DNA of 64,000 bases, from contig CAVRJO010000001.1 in assembly GCA_963722255.1 (NCBI GenBank), positions 480,001 through 544,000 on the forward strand, written 5' to 3'. The notes beneath the pieces are model-generated. The model was given only the letters and a program-made list of their open reading frames with translations, made no database searches and was not told the DNA's origin. The DNA is from Candidatus Babeliales bacterium. GTDB lineage: Bacteria > Babelota > Babeliae > Babelales > JANWKD01. Positions 17,868 to 28,173 of this stretch are shown one piece after another (within the stretch, counting starts at the first letter, position 1; every line of letters begins with the position of its first letter). A program made the translations under genes and the position numbers.

Positions 17868-19826
17868 TTATATGTGATGAGCCATCAAATTTTGCAATGT
17901 CCAAAGCTGCACAGAACCATTAAATGACGTTGTTTGATTTCTTACCATAAGTTCATTAATTGCTGAGATATTTAAATAGTCAGCCCACTTATTATTGACA
18001 GAATTAAGTGAATCTAAAAAATGAGTTTTAAAATAGGTTCCCTGTTTAAACCAGTGTGTCGTTGGCGACACAAAGCCCATCTTTTTTCTATAAATAATAT
18101 CGTTAGGAATAATTCCCTCTGCAGCTTTCTTTAAAATATATTTGGTGACACCATTACGATATTTTAATGCTGTAGGAATTTGAAACGCAAATTCAACCAG
18201 TGCATCATCTAAAAAGGGAACTCTTGCTTCAACTGATGTTGCCATGGTTATTTTATCAACGCGTGTTAATAAAAGTTCCGGAAGTCTATGCTTTAACTCT
18301 AAGTACATCATTGAACTAAAAAAATCAGCATTCGGCAAACGATTGTATAATTCAGCAAGATGATACTCAACGAATGCATAACTGTCATCGCTTTGTTTAA
18401 AATAAGGAAAAATTGCTTTAATAACCGGATCAACTGGTTCTTGAAAATCAAAAGATCTAACAACTTCTTTTTTCCATAGTTCAGAAAATGCTACTGCCCC
18501 ACTCCAGAAAAAATTCTTATTCTCTGCCCAGTTTTTTATAGCATCGAGTCTATTTAATTTTTTTTGTAAAAATGGTTTTGCAAGAGAATAAATACCTTGT
18601 TTTGCTAATGCTGGAAGATATTTTTGTGAATGTTTCCAATAACGATTATAAACATCTAAATAAACACCATATAAAGAATACCCACAAAAAAGCTCGTCAG
18701 AACCTTCCCCAATCAAGGCCACCGTTGTTCCGGAATCTTTCAAAAGTTTAGCAATATAATAGAGGGGAATACTAACGGTATCCGCCAATGGTTCATCTTG
18801 GTGATAAATCATTTTTTCAAAAAATTCAAAAGCTTCCTTTTCAGAAATTAGAAGCTCATGATGTTCGGTTGAAAATCTTTTGGCCACTGAGCGAGCCCAT
18901 TCAAATTCACTCAACTCTTGATCATCTGAAAAAGCGATGGTAAAGGTTTTGACTGTGCCAACAAGTTCGCTCATTAAAGCAACATTAAGACTTGAATCTA
19001 TGCCCCCAGAAAGAAACGCTCCATACGGAACATCCGACATCAAATGCTTTTTAACTGATTTACGTAAAAGAGATCTCAGCAATTGAATACAATATTCTTC
19101 GTTGCGCATATGAGCTGAGTCATAATGTTGTTTTGGAGTTAAAGGATTATACCATTCTTTATAGGTGATATTTTTTTGTGCATCAACTTTAAGGTAGTGA
19201 CCTGCAGGCATCTTATAAATGTTTTTATATAAGGTCATAGGCGCAGGAGTAGCTAAATAGGTCAAATAATGTGACATAGCCTGTACATTAAGTTCTTTAC
19301 TGATCCATGGTAACTGCCATAGTGCTTTTATTTCAGAAGCAAAACTTAACACATCTCCCAATAATGAAAAATAGATTGGTTTAATGCCATAGCGATCACG
19401 AATCAAAAAAAACTCTTTGGTAATAAAATCATAGAGCACAATAACAAACATGCCTTCAAGTCGTTCAAGAGCTTGAATTCCCCATTGTTTGTATGCATGC
19501 ATAATTGTTTCTGTATCGGAATTTGTTGTATAGCAAGCACCTAAACTTTCAAGTTCACTGCGTAATTGAGGATGATTATAAATCTCTCCATTACAAAGTA
19601 CCGCAACAGTTTTTCCAGCATCAAAAAAAGGCTGGAATGCAGCATCTGAAAGATCCACTATGCTCAGCCGACGATGAAAAAGTGCTAACTGCTCTTCATC
19701 AGACATCCATATTCTATATCCATTTGGCCCTCTATGGGCAACAGATTGTTGCATTTTTTCAAGAAGATCATGATTCGGCCAATAGGATTTTTGAGAAATG
19801 TTGATATAGCCACCAAGCCCACACAT
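17868..19826 (-). CDS. asnB: Asparagine synthase-like glutamine amidotransferase, paralog A
   Basis: MCG Ntn start, HRGP, RRLSI, NGEIYN, FLSGGIDSS, GEGSDELF, EARVPFLD. Confidence 0.9.
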   Translation of the reverse strand: MCGLGGYINISQKSYWPNHDLLEKMQQSVAHRGPNGYRIWMSDEEQLALFHRRLSIVDLSDAAFQPFFDAGKTVAVLCNGEIYNHPQLRSELESLGACYTTNSDTETIMHAYKQWGIQALERLEGMFVIVLYDFITKEFFLIRDRYGIKPIYFSLLGDVLSFASEIKALWQLPWISKELNVQAMSHYLTYLATPAPMTLYKNIYKMPAGHYLKVDAQKNITYKEWYNPLTPKQHYDSAHMRNEEYCIQLLRSLLRKSVKKHLMSDVPYGAFLSGGIDSSLNVALMSELVGTVKTFTIAFSDDQELSEFEWARSVAKRFSTEHHELLISEKEAFEFFEKMIYHQDEPLADTVSIPLYYIAKLLKDSGTTVALIGEGSDELFCGYSLYGVYLDVYNRYWKHSQKYLPALAKQGIYSLAKPFLQKKLNRLDAIKNWAENKNFFWSGAVAFSELWKKEVVRSFDFQEPVDPVIKAIFPYFKQSDDSYAFVEYHLAELYNRLPNADFFSSMMYLELKHRLPELLLTRVDKITMATSVEARVPFLDDALVEFAFQIPTALKYRNGVTKYILKKAAEGIIPNDIIYRKKMGFVSPTTHWFKQGTYFKTHFLDSLNSVNNKWADYLNISAINELMVRNQTTSFNGSVQLWTLQNLMAHHI

Positions 19827-19876
19827 ACAGTCCCCTTTTTTTTGCATTAAACATCACTAACACTGTGCGCTCTATT

Positions 19877-20740
19877 TTACGCTTTAATCATACGAATAGA
19901 TAGATATGCTCCAAACTTTTTTGATAACGAATATAACAAAGAATCAGGAATAAAACGGTACAACTTTTTAATAAACGGAAAACCCGGTAAATCATCACGG
20001 ACTAATTTTCTAACATCAGTTTTAATTATTTTAAATCCTGCCTGTTTGCATAACTTTTGCATCTCTTTTGCACTATAAAGATTCACAAGCGCTTGTGCAC
20101 CACTATGGGTTACTTCCATTTCAGACCGACGCTCTTTTAGTGACTTTTTTAAAAACTGAAATTTTAATACCCAATCATATAAAATCAGCTTTAGAATATA
20201 AAAAATAGAATGTTTATGATAGACAATAATCTGCGCTTCACCATCATCTTTTAAAACACGACGAATATTTTTAAGAGCTTTAGCTATATTAGGCGTATGA
20301 TGCAAAACTCCGAAACTAAAAACAAAATCATAGCTGTCAGTTAAAGCAAGCTCTTCAACATCCATCTCCAAAAAAGTTGCATCGTAGCCAAAATATGCAA
20401 GATGCTTTTTTGCAATTATTGGATTATCCGGTGTCAAATCAATACCCGTATAGATCGCGCCATGGCTACAAAATTGATACGCATCGTATCCTGCACCACT
20501 ACCAATTTCTAAAACTTTTTTACCCCTGAATCGCTCAAAATGAACGATCTCATCCATCCATTCACATTCTTCTGTAAAACGACGCTGTAAAACTGATTCA
20601 AAAAACTCTTTTGTTCCTTTTTTATATCCATTACCATATGACCAACCGGCCGGATTTGTCCCCCAAACTATCTTTGTCGACTCTTTTATCTTTTGATTAT
20701 CCATTAATGACTCCTTTACCATTTTTTTACTTTCTAACAA
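19877..20740 (-). CDS. Class I SAM-dependent methyltransferase, paralog B
   Basis: VLEIGSGAG, SFGVLHHTP; similar to 15713..16564 along its length. Confidence 0.88.
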   Translation of the reverse strand: MLESKKMVKESLMDNQKIKESTKIVWGTNPAGWSYGNGYKKGTKEFFESVLQRRFTEECEWMDEIVHFERFRGKKVLEIGSGAGYDAYQFCSHGAIYTGIDLTPDNPIIAKKHLAYFGYDATFLEMDVEELALTDSYDFVFSFGVLHHTPNIAKALKNIRRVLKDDGEAQIIVYHKHSIFYILKLILYDWVLKFQFLKKSLKERRSEMEVTHSGAQALVNLYSAKEMQKLCKQAGFKIIKTDVRKLVRDDLPGFPFIKKLYRFIPDSLLYSLSKKFGAYLSIRMIKA

Positions 20741-20746
20741 ACTATC

Positions 20747-22213
20747 CTACTTTTTTAATGCGACACCTTTCGTTGCTACATAGTGTTTCCAGATGCGCAC
20801 TTTTGAAATAAACCATCTTTTTTCATCAGGCTCAATAACCTCAAATACCCATACATAAAAAGGCCAAATTAATCCACTTACCGCTACCGCAAAGATAGAA
20901 TAATGCACATATTGCAAGAGACAATGCATAATAACAATAAAAAATATAATAAAAATAAAAATCTTATTCATTTTTTTTATATTAATAAGTGGATACTGAT
21001 AAATTTTCTTGCTTAGTATAAAACAAAGAAACGCATACAACATAAATGCAATGCTATTAGAAACAAAAATCCACCACAAGCCCAAATGAACAGTAGTATA
21101 TAAAAGAAAACATTGCACACCAAGAACAAAGCATGAAATGAAGGGGACATAGAAAGTTCTGGTTGATAATCCAAAAGCTGTCTGAAAAAGTCGAGCAATT
21201 TCTATAAAGAACAATGGTAAAAAAAATAAGGGAATATAAGAGAGCACATACTTATACGGAGATGGAAATAAAAACTGTACAGCACACATCGCACCAAGAA
21301 TTGAATAAAAACAAAAAGTTGTTAATGCTAATGCATAATAGGTAATAAGCCGCGAAATAAGATAATCAGCCGTTTCTTCTTTTTGAGCATTATAGATCAG
21401 AAATTGCCATGCATCTATCATTGCAATAGCAATCATTTGAAAAATTGCACCGAATCTCCATAAGATTCCGTATAATCCCAATGATTCAAATCCTAAATAA
21501 TTTTTTATAATAAGTTTATCAAAAATAAAAAAACTCATATAAATTAGATTATAAATAAGCAGTGGTCCACTAAATAAGAGCTGTTTTTTAAAAATTTCAA
21601 AAGAAAAAAAACGATTACGAAAAAATAAGGTGAAAAACCATGGAGCAAAAAGAGCGAAGGAACATACATTTGCATAAAAAAATGCTTTAATGCCAAGGTT
21701 ATAATGAACACCTACTAAAGTACCTGCTAAAGCTAAAAAATTTTGTACACAAAATACTAAACTATAGACTATTAATTTTTCTTGTACACGCAATAAGGAT
21801 AAAATTATGGTATACAGTGCAAAAAATGCCACACTACACACTGTTAAGGATGCATATTCTGAAAAATAGCTGTAGTTATGATGAAATACAAATAAAAAAT
21901 ATCCAAATAAAGCCATAACGAGCACTGAGCATAAAACAAATAAAAAAGAGTTTCCTATTGCTTGCAGCTGTTTTATTGATTCATCTTTATATAATACATA
22001 AAACCGAAAAAGTGATGTTGAAGCGCAAGAGGTTACTAATAACGTTCCTGTAGAAAAAAAAAGTTGATAGAAATCCCAGATGCCAAATTCGGCAAGCGTT
22101 AAATGAGATAAAAAATAAGGTAACATAAGAAAATTGAAAGTGCGTACAATAACTGAACTCATCGTATAAAAAAAAGTAATATAAGCCCCACGTTTAATAT
22201 ACTCTACTAACAT
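20747..22213 (-). CDS. Wzx-like polysaccharide flippase
   Basis: About 12 or more TM segments, LP....LT..EFG and FDKLII....G...LGLY patterns; lies in the glycan locus. Confidence 0.75.
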   Translation of the reverse strand: MLVEYIKRGAYITFFYTMSSVIVRTFNFLMLPYFLSHLTLAEFGIWDFYQLFFSTGTLLVTSCASTSLFRFYVLYKDESIKQLQAIGNSFLFVLCSVLVMALFGYFLFVFHHNYSYFSEYASLTVCSVAFFALYTIILSLLRVQEKLIVYSLVFCVQNFLALAGTLVGVHYNLGIKAFFYANVCSFALFAPWFFTLFFRNRFFSFEIFKKQLLFSGPLLIYNLIYMSFFIFDKLIIKNYLGFESLGLYGILWRFGAIFQMIAIAMIDAWQFLIYNAQKEETADYLISRLITYYALALTTFCFYSILGAMCAVQFLFPSPYKYVLSYIPLFFLPLFFIEIARLFQTAFGLSTRTFYVPFISCFVLGVQCFLLYTTVHLGLWWIFVSNSIAFMLYAFLCFILSKKIYQYPLINIKKMNKIFIFIIFFIVIMHCLLQYVHYSIFAVAVSGLIWPFYVWVFEVIEPDEKRWFISKVRIWKHYVATKGVALKK

Positions 22214-22419
22214 ACCTCTTTATTTCCGATTATTTTTAAGAAAAATGGTAAATTCTAACTATTTTGCCAAACAATTGCCTGTAAACATTTCTACTTACTT
22301 ATAACAATACGATAAATTAAAGCAACAGCAAACATATGCATTATAGCTTTACAGCATGCAAAAAATTTTTTATGTTATGGCCTATACATAGTTTATAAAA
22401 TAAATACACGAAGAGCACA

Positions 22420-23538
22420 ATGAAGAAACTACTACTATTATTTTTATTTTCGGGATCATGTTTTTTGACACTTGCTTCAACTGGACAAAAAAAAGCACTC
22501 ATCTTTGGCATCACAGGCCAAGATGGCGCTTACCTTGCTGAATTTCTTCTCAAGAAAAACTACATAGTCCATGGTGTAAAAAGGCGTTCATCTTCATTTA
22601 ATACAGCACGTATTGATCACCTTTATCATGATTTACACGAGCCAAATTGTTGTACCTTTGTTTTACATTATGGCGATGTAACCGATAGCACCAATGTTGT
22701 ACGGATTATTCAAGAAGTTCAACCTGATGAAATTTATAATTTGGCAGCACAAAGCCATGTACTTGTTTCATTTGAAACACCTGAATATACTGCCAATTCC
22801 GATGCTCTTGGTACTCTTCGCATCTTGGAAGCAATTAGAATTTTGAAATTAGAAAATAAAACACGCTTTTATCAAGCATCAACAAGCGAACTTTTTGGAA
22901 ATTCACCTCCTCCGCAAAGTGAGCTTACTCCTTTCTGGCCACGCTCGCCCTATGGTGTTGCAAAATTATACGCTTACTGGATTACGGTCAATTATCGTGA
23001 AGCATATGGTATTTTTGCCTGCAATGGAATTCTTTTTAATCATGAATCTCCTCAACGCGGTGAAACATTTGTAACGCGAAAAATTACACGAGCAGTTGCT
23101 CATATCAAAAATGGATTACAGGATACGCTCTATCTAGGAAACTTAGATTCATTGCGGGATTGGGGATACGCTAAAGATTATGTTGAGGCTATGTGGCTTA
23201 TGCTGCAACAAGAAAAACCTGATGATTTTGTTATTGCAACCGGACAAGCACATTCAGTAAGAGAATTTGTTGAACGCGCATTTGCACATGTTGGCATTAC
23301 TATAGAATGGCAAGGAAGCGGCATCAATGAATACGGTATTGATGCCGCAACTAAAAAACGGCTCGTTGCTATAGATCCAAAATATTTCCGGCCCACTGAA
23401 GTTGATTATTTACTGGGTAATACAACAAAAGCCACGCAACTTTTGCAATGGAAGCCGCGAGTCTCTTTTGATGAATTAGTTGCTCTTATGGTTGACCATG
23501 ATTGTGCTTTGGTTACACAGAAAAATGCTCCTCATTAA
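22420..23538 (+). CDS. gmd: GDP-mannose 4,6-dehydratase with N-terminal signal-peptide-like extension
   Basis: [47 protein letters not shown]. Confidence 0.95.
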   Translation: MKKLLLLFLFSGSCFLTLASTGQKKALIFGITGQDGAYLAEFLLKKNYIVHGVKRRSSSFNTARIDHLYHDLHEPNCCTFVLHYGDVTDSTNVVRIIQEVQPDEIYNLAAQSHVLVSFETPEYTANSDALGTLRILEAIRILKLENKTRFYQASTSELFGNSPPPQSELTPFWPRSPYGVAKLYAYWITVNYREAYGIFACNGILFNHESPQRGETFVTRKITRAVAHIKNGLQDTLYLGNLDSLRDWGYAKDYVEAMWLMLQQEKPDDFVIATGQAHSVREFVERAFAHVGITIEWQGSGINEYGIDAATKKRLVAIDPKYFRPTEVDYLLGNTTKATQLLQWKPRVSFDELVALMVDHDCALVTQKNAPH

Positions 23539-25736
23539 TCACGACTTCGGCGTTTAAATCGTGGCAATTTTTTTAATTCTTTAACTGTTTTTTCTACTTG
23601 TGAGGACATCCATTGTTTATTATGCTTTTCTACTAATGTTTTGAATTCTTGGGGCAAATCTTCATACCCAAATTGCAAAAGATCATCTATCACTACCAAT
23701 TTATTATTCTTTATTACATTCAAAATATACGTTACTATAAGTGCTTGATCTAATAGGACATATGACTGATTAAGAAATGAAAAAATAATAACTGGCGATA
23801 TGTCAAAAAATAACAATTTCTCTACAATACCTGTTGTGCCCATTTCACTCAATTGATACATAATATTATTTCCTATTATCCCTTTAAAATCTAATCTATC
23901 TTTTTTGAAATCACTACTTTCAAAAACAGTAAGCGTTCCACCCGTTTCACTACTACAAAATGCAATCGTAAGAGGATTAACCCCTTCAAAAATAATAGAA
24001 ATTATTACATTCGATATAAAACTTACTCTTACTATTGGATTATCAAATATTCTGGTCCACAACTTCTTCTTTGAATCCATATCAATACATAAAAATTCTC
24101 CATTATTTCTTAATAAAAGCTTATAGGAATCTGGGGAAAAATAAGCAGTTTCGTAAATCTTCGATGTTGCCCATATAATTTTACCATCAGTAACATCAAG
24201 TACAAAAACACCATTTTCTGTTAACAAAGTTATTAATCTATTATCCGGTGAAAAAACAGTAGTATAAGGCAAATTTTTTAAAGGGTTTAGCAATTTCCAT
24301 GAAAAAATATCTTCATCATCAACACTATTTTCTACCTTGATAAGTTCTTTGGAAACTGTAATTATTTTTTTTCCATCAGGTAAAATTCTAGTTAGATCCG
24401 ACTCAGAATTTTGTTTAGTTTTAATTTCCTGTCCCGTCATCATATCAATAGTTCTTACAAAATTTTCATCGTTAGAAAAACACAAATATTTTTTTTCCTC
24501 ATCAAAGTATAATTCACCGATCCTACTATTATTCAAATTCAATCGAAATACAATTTCGCCCGTTTTACTATCGATAAACAACATTGAATTACCATTATCA
24601 TCAAAACTTTCAACAATAATCCTTTTAATGGGTGAAAAAAAACCAAGAACTTTAAAACGTGGCAACTTATTTTTTTGCCATACTTGAATACCAGTTTGCG
24701 CATCAACAAGCTGCATATTATAATAGTTGTTAAAAATTAAAAGCTGTAAACTATCTGAAGAAAAATAAAAATTATTAGAAAAAGAATATGATGCAAGTTC
24801 CCAAATTTTTTTATTTGTTATTAGGTCTACCATAATTATCTTTGAATCAGAGTCAATAAGTGCTGCTAATTTAGTTTTATCGGGAGAAATATTCATGTGA
24901 TATGCACTATATTCTCTCTCAAGAATACGTTTTATCTCTGATTGAGGAAGAGTTTTAAAAATCAATGCTGCGTCATCACATACACGTTGAGATAAAGGTA
25001 GTTGCATCTCTTCGGGCAATCTTTGCATGAGGCTTACATACTCCCCAAGCTTTTCTGCAGAATCAATGCTCTTTAAATGTTTCACCAGAAGATTTTGATA
25101 TTTTTTTAATAACTTTTTACTATCAAGATAGTTTGCTGCATTAATCAAATCAACCAACATTTCATCTGATAAAGAGTCAGAATCATATGCTCTATTTGTT
25201 AAATCTTTATACACATAATCAAATACCTCTTCTGATAAATTCGGTAACGGAATTGGCAGAGTATAATCTTCAACATCTGCAAGGATATTTTTTAAGGTAT
25301 TCGATTTTTTTGCTTGCGCAATTGATAAAACATACTCTTTATTACCTACCTCAATAGTAATATTTGTTAATCGATCGGTGATAACCTCAGAATATTTATC
25401 AATCAATTGTTGAATCTTTAAAATTGAAGCCCCAGCAAGAAGCTGATTCATCATTGTATCATCAAGATCATTTTCATCATAGTTCTGATTTGTTAAATCT
25501 TTATGGATATACTCAAAAATTTCACTTGTAATACCATCAGGCAAAACAATTGCTTCCTCAGGATCAATACGCTTTTTCAGCAGTCTTTCTAACGTTTCAG
25601 ATTGTGATGCTTGCTCTCGAGTCAAAGAATAGACTTGGCCACCAACATTAATTTTTACATCCTCTTTTTGTTCCATTGCATACAAAAAAGAAATAGATAA
25701 AAAACAAGCACCAATCATAATTCTTTTACTATTCAT
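23535..25736 (-). CDS. Secreted effector: two Skp1/POZ-like domains plus beta-propeller, paralog 1
   Basis: GAGGA SD before ATG 25736; signal ending [37 protein letters not shown]; repeated FSPD/FSSD blades. Confidence 0.75.
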   Translation of the reverse strand: MNSKRIMIGACFLSISFLYAMEQKEDVKINVGGQVYSLTREQASQSETLERLLKKRIDPEEAIVLPDGITSEIFEYIHKDLTNQNYDENDLDDTMMNQLLAGASILKIQQLIDKYSEVITDRLTNITIEVGNKEYVLSIAQAKKSNTLKNILADVEDYTLPIPLPNLSEEVFDYVYKDLTNRAYDSDSLSDEMLVDLINAANYLDSKKLLKKYQNLLVKHLKSIDSAEKLGEYVSLMQRLPEEMQLPLSQRVCDDAALIFKTLPQSEIKRILEREYSAYHMNISPDKTKLAALIDSDSKIIMVDLITNKKIWELASYSFSNNFYFSSDSLQLLIFNNYYNMQLVDAQTGIQVWQKNKLPRFKVLGFFSPIKRIIVESFDDNGNSMLFIDSKTGEIVFRLNLNNSRIGELYFDEEKKYLCFSNDENFVRTIDMMTGQEIKTKQNSESDLTRILPDGKKIITVSKELIKVENSVDDEDIFSWKLLNPLKNLPYTTVFSPDNRLITLLTENGVFVLDVTDGKIIWATSKIYETAYFSPDSYKLLLRNNGEFLCIDMDSKKKLWTRIFDNPIVRVSFISNVIISIIFEGVNPLTIAFCSSETGGTLTVFESSDFKKDRLDFKGIIGNNIMYQLSEMGTTGIVEKLLFFDISPVIIFSFLNQSYVLLDQALIVTYILNVIKNNKLVVIDDLLQFGYEDLPQEFKTLVEKHNKQWMSSQVEKTVKELKKLPRFKRRSRD

Positions 25737-25878
25737 CACAGATCCTCGCATCAATTTTAATACTATTATTTCTATTATAATAAGAAATCTGATAAAGGTT
25801 TTACAATAAATACTAAAGCTATACAGAAGAATGCTCTTTATTAATCGCGACTGCGGCGTTTAAATCGTGGCATTTTTT

Positions 25879-28080
25879 TTAATTCTTTAACCGTTTTTTC
25901 TGTTTGTGACGCTTCCATTGCTTATTATGCTTTTCTACTAATGTTTTAAATTCTTGTGGTAAATCATCATATCCAAATTGCATAAGATCATCTATCACTA
26001 CCAATGTATTATTCTTTATTGCATTCAAAATATATGTGACTATAAGTGCTTGATTTAGTGAATTTTCTTTATGATCAAAAAACGAAAAGATGGCTAATGG
26101 AGAAATATCAAAACAAATCAATCTCATACTTCCACGATCTCTACTTGTGAGAGAGAAATATACAAAATTATTCTTTATACTCTGAACTCTAACGTTTAGT
26201 AAATACCCCTGAAGACTTTGGATTTCAGATGTTATAATACGTTGGCCTGATTGTATTTTGTAAAATTCAATTGCATATTCGTTCTCGGGTAAAAAAACCA
26301 CATAAGCCACTACATCTTCGGCTACAAAAAATAAATCTCCGATCAGCTGTCCTTTAAACGATTTCGTCCACAATTTTCTTTTTTTAACTAAATCCAAAGC
26401 AGTAACTGAATCAGGAAAAGAAATTGACTGTAGTAACAATTCATTCGAACTAGGCGAAAAAAAAGTTAAAAAATGTTTAGTATCTTCATCAAAAATATTT
26501 GATTTTTCATACTGGATTTTTCCCGTGAGCATATTGAAAACAAAAATAAAATTTTGTGCTGTAGAACCAAGCACAAATAAACTATTATCTTTTGAAAATG
26601 ATGTTATACTAGGAATCTCTATTAATGGTTTTTTAAATGCCCAAGTAAAAGGGTCATTACCATTAGTACTGTTTTCCAACGTGAATAATTCTTTTGAAAC
26701 TTTGATTATTTTTTTCCCATCAGGAGAAATATATAATTTTTCATTTGAAAAATCACTTTTTGCATTCTTAATTTCTTGACCGGTGTCAATATTAATAGCC
26801 GAAACATATATAGTGCTCCAATCTTGATACTCTATGATCAAAGATTTTGAATCCGATTCATAATAAGAATTAATAATCCTGAAAGCAGCATGAGGCAAAT
26901 CAAACAAAATATCGCCAGTCAGACTATCAAGTATCTGTATTTTTTTACTTTCAAGAACTTGTATAACAATTCTATTAGGTCCCGAAAAAAACCTTGGGAT
27001 ATTATTTGGTAATATGGAATAATTCTTTTTCCACAATTGTTTTCCCGTGTAAGTATCAAAGAGTGTTAATTCGCCTTCCTTGTAGCTTAAAAGCCTCGAA
27101 CTGTCTGATGAAAAAACTATTTTGCTCTTATTTAACGCTTTGCTTTGCCATAATTTTTTATTTTTTACTAGGTCAAATACAGTTGAAACATCAGAAGTGT
27201 TAATTACCACACAAATGCTTGTATCCGGAGAAATAATAATTTGTTCACCTGATTGCTCGCGATCTTTTACCAGCTCAATATGCGATTGCTGCATAGTTTG
27301 GTAGAGCTCTTTACTTAGGGTGCATATATTTTGAGACAGCGGAATTTGCATCTCTTCAGGCAATCTTTGTATGAGGTTTTCATATTCCTCAAGTTTCTTT
27401 GCAGTATCAATGCTTGTTAAACGAATTACCAGAAGATCTTGATATTTTTTTAATAACTTTTCACTATCAAGATAGTTTGCTGCATTCACTAAATCAACGA
27501 GTGTTTCATCAGATAAAGAATCAGAATCATAAGCACTATTTGTTAAATCTTTATAGACATAATCAAATACCTCTTCTGACAAATTCGGTAATGGAATTGG
27601 CAAACTATAGTCTTCTACATCTGCAAGAATATTTTTCAAGGTGTTCGATTTTTTTGCTTGCGCAATTGATAAAACATACTCTTTATTACCTACTTCAATA
27701 GTAATATCAGTTATTCGATCGGTAGTGATTTCAGTATATTTTTCTATCAAACTTGGAATTTTAAGAGTGATCGCTGCATTAAATAATGCGGCAAGCATTT
27801 TATCATCAAGATCATTTTCATCATAGTTCTGATTTGTTAAATCTTTGTAAATATAGTCAAAAACTTTACTTGTAATACCCTCAGGCAAAACAATTACTTC
27901 CTCAGGATCAGTATGTTTTTTCAGCATTCTTTCTAACGTTTCAGATTGTGATGCTTGCTCTCGAGTCAAAGAATAGACTTGGCCACCAACATTAATTTTT
28001 ACATCCTTTTTTTGTTCCATTGCATACAAAAAAGAAATAGATAAAAAACAAGCACCAATCATAATTCTTTTACTATTCAT
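25879..28080 (-). CDS. Secreted effector: two Skp1/POZ-like domains plus beta-propeller, paralog 2 (frameshifted tail)
   Basis: Same architecture; near-identical N-terminal part and upstream DNA. Confidence 0.75.
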   Translation of the reverse strand: MNSKRIMIGACFLSISFLYAMEQKKDVKINVGGQVYSLTREQASQSETLERMLKKHTDPEEVIVLPEGITSKVFDYIYKDLTNQNYDENDLDDKMLAALFNAAITLKIPSLIEKYTEITTDRITDITIEVGNKEYVLSIAQAKKSNTLKNILADVEDYSLPIPLPNLSEEVFDYVYKDLTNSAYDSDSLSDETLVDLVNAANYLDSEKLLKKYQDLLVIRLTSIDTAKKLEEYENLIQRLPEEMQIPLSQNICTLSKELYQTMQQSHIELVKDREQSGEQIIISPDTSICVVINTSDVSTVFDLVKNKKLWQSKALNKSKIVFSSDSSRLLSYKEGELTLFDTYTGKQLWKKNYSILPNNIPRFFSGPNRIVIQVLESKKIQILDSLTGDILFDLPHAAFRIINSYYESDSKSLIIEYQDWSTIYVSAINIDTGQEIKNAKSDFSNEKLYISPDGKKIIKVSKELFTLENSTNGNDPFTWAFKKPLIEIPSITSFSKDNSLFVLGSTAQNFIFVFNMLTGKIQYEKSNIFDEDTKHFLTFFSPSSNELLLQSISFPDSVTALDLVKKRKLWTKSFKGQLIGDLFFVAEDVVAYVVFLPENEYAIEFYKIQSGQRIITSEIQSLQGYLLNVRVQSIKNNFVYFSLTSRDRGSMRLICFDISPLAIFSFFDHKENSLNQALIVTYILNAIKNNTLVVIDDLMQFGYDDLPQEFKTLVEKHNKQWKRHKQKKRLKN

Positions 28081-28173
28081 CACAGATCCTCGCATCAATT
28101 ATAATACTATTATTTCTATTATAATAAGAAATCTGATAAAGGTTTTGCAATGAATAAAAAGATCAGATTTATA

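Noticed and set aside
6159..23538. Three convergent gene pairs with 4-bp stop-codon overlaps (6159, 13513, 23535)
   Set aside because: Common in compact AT-rich genomes; no evidence of a special function.
23535..28098. Diversity-generating retroelement behind the propeller variation
   Set aside because: No reverse transcriptase in the window, and divergence includes indels and is not adenine-specific.
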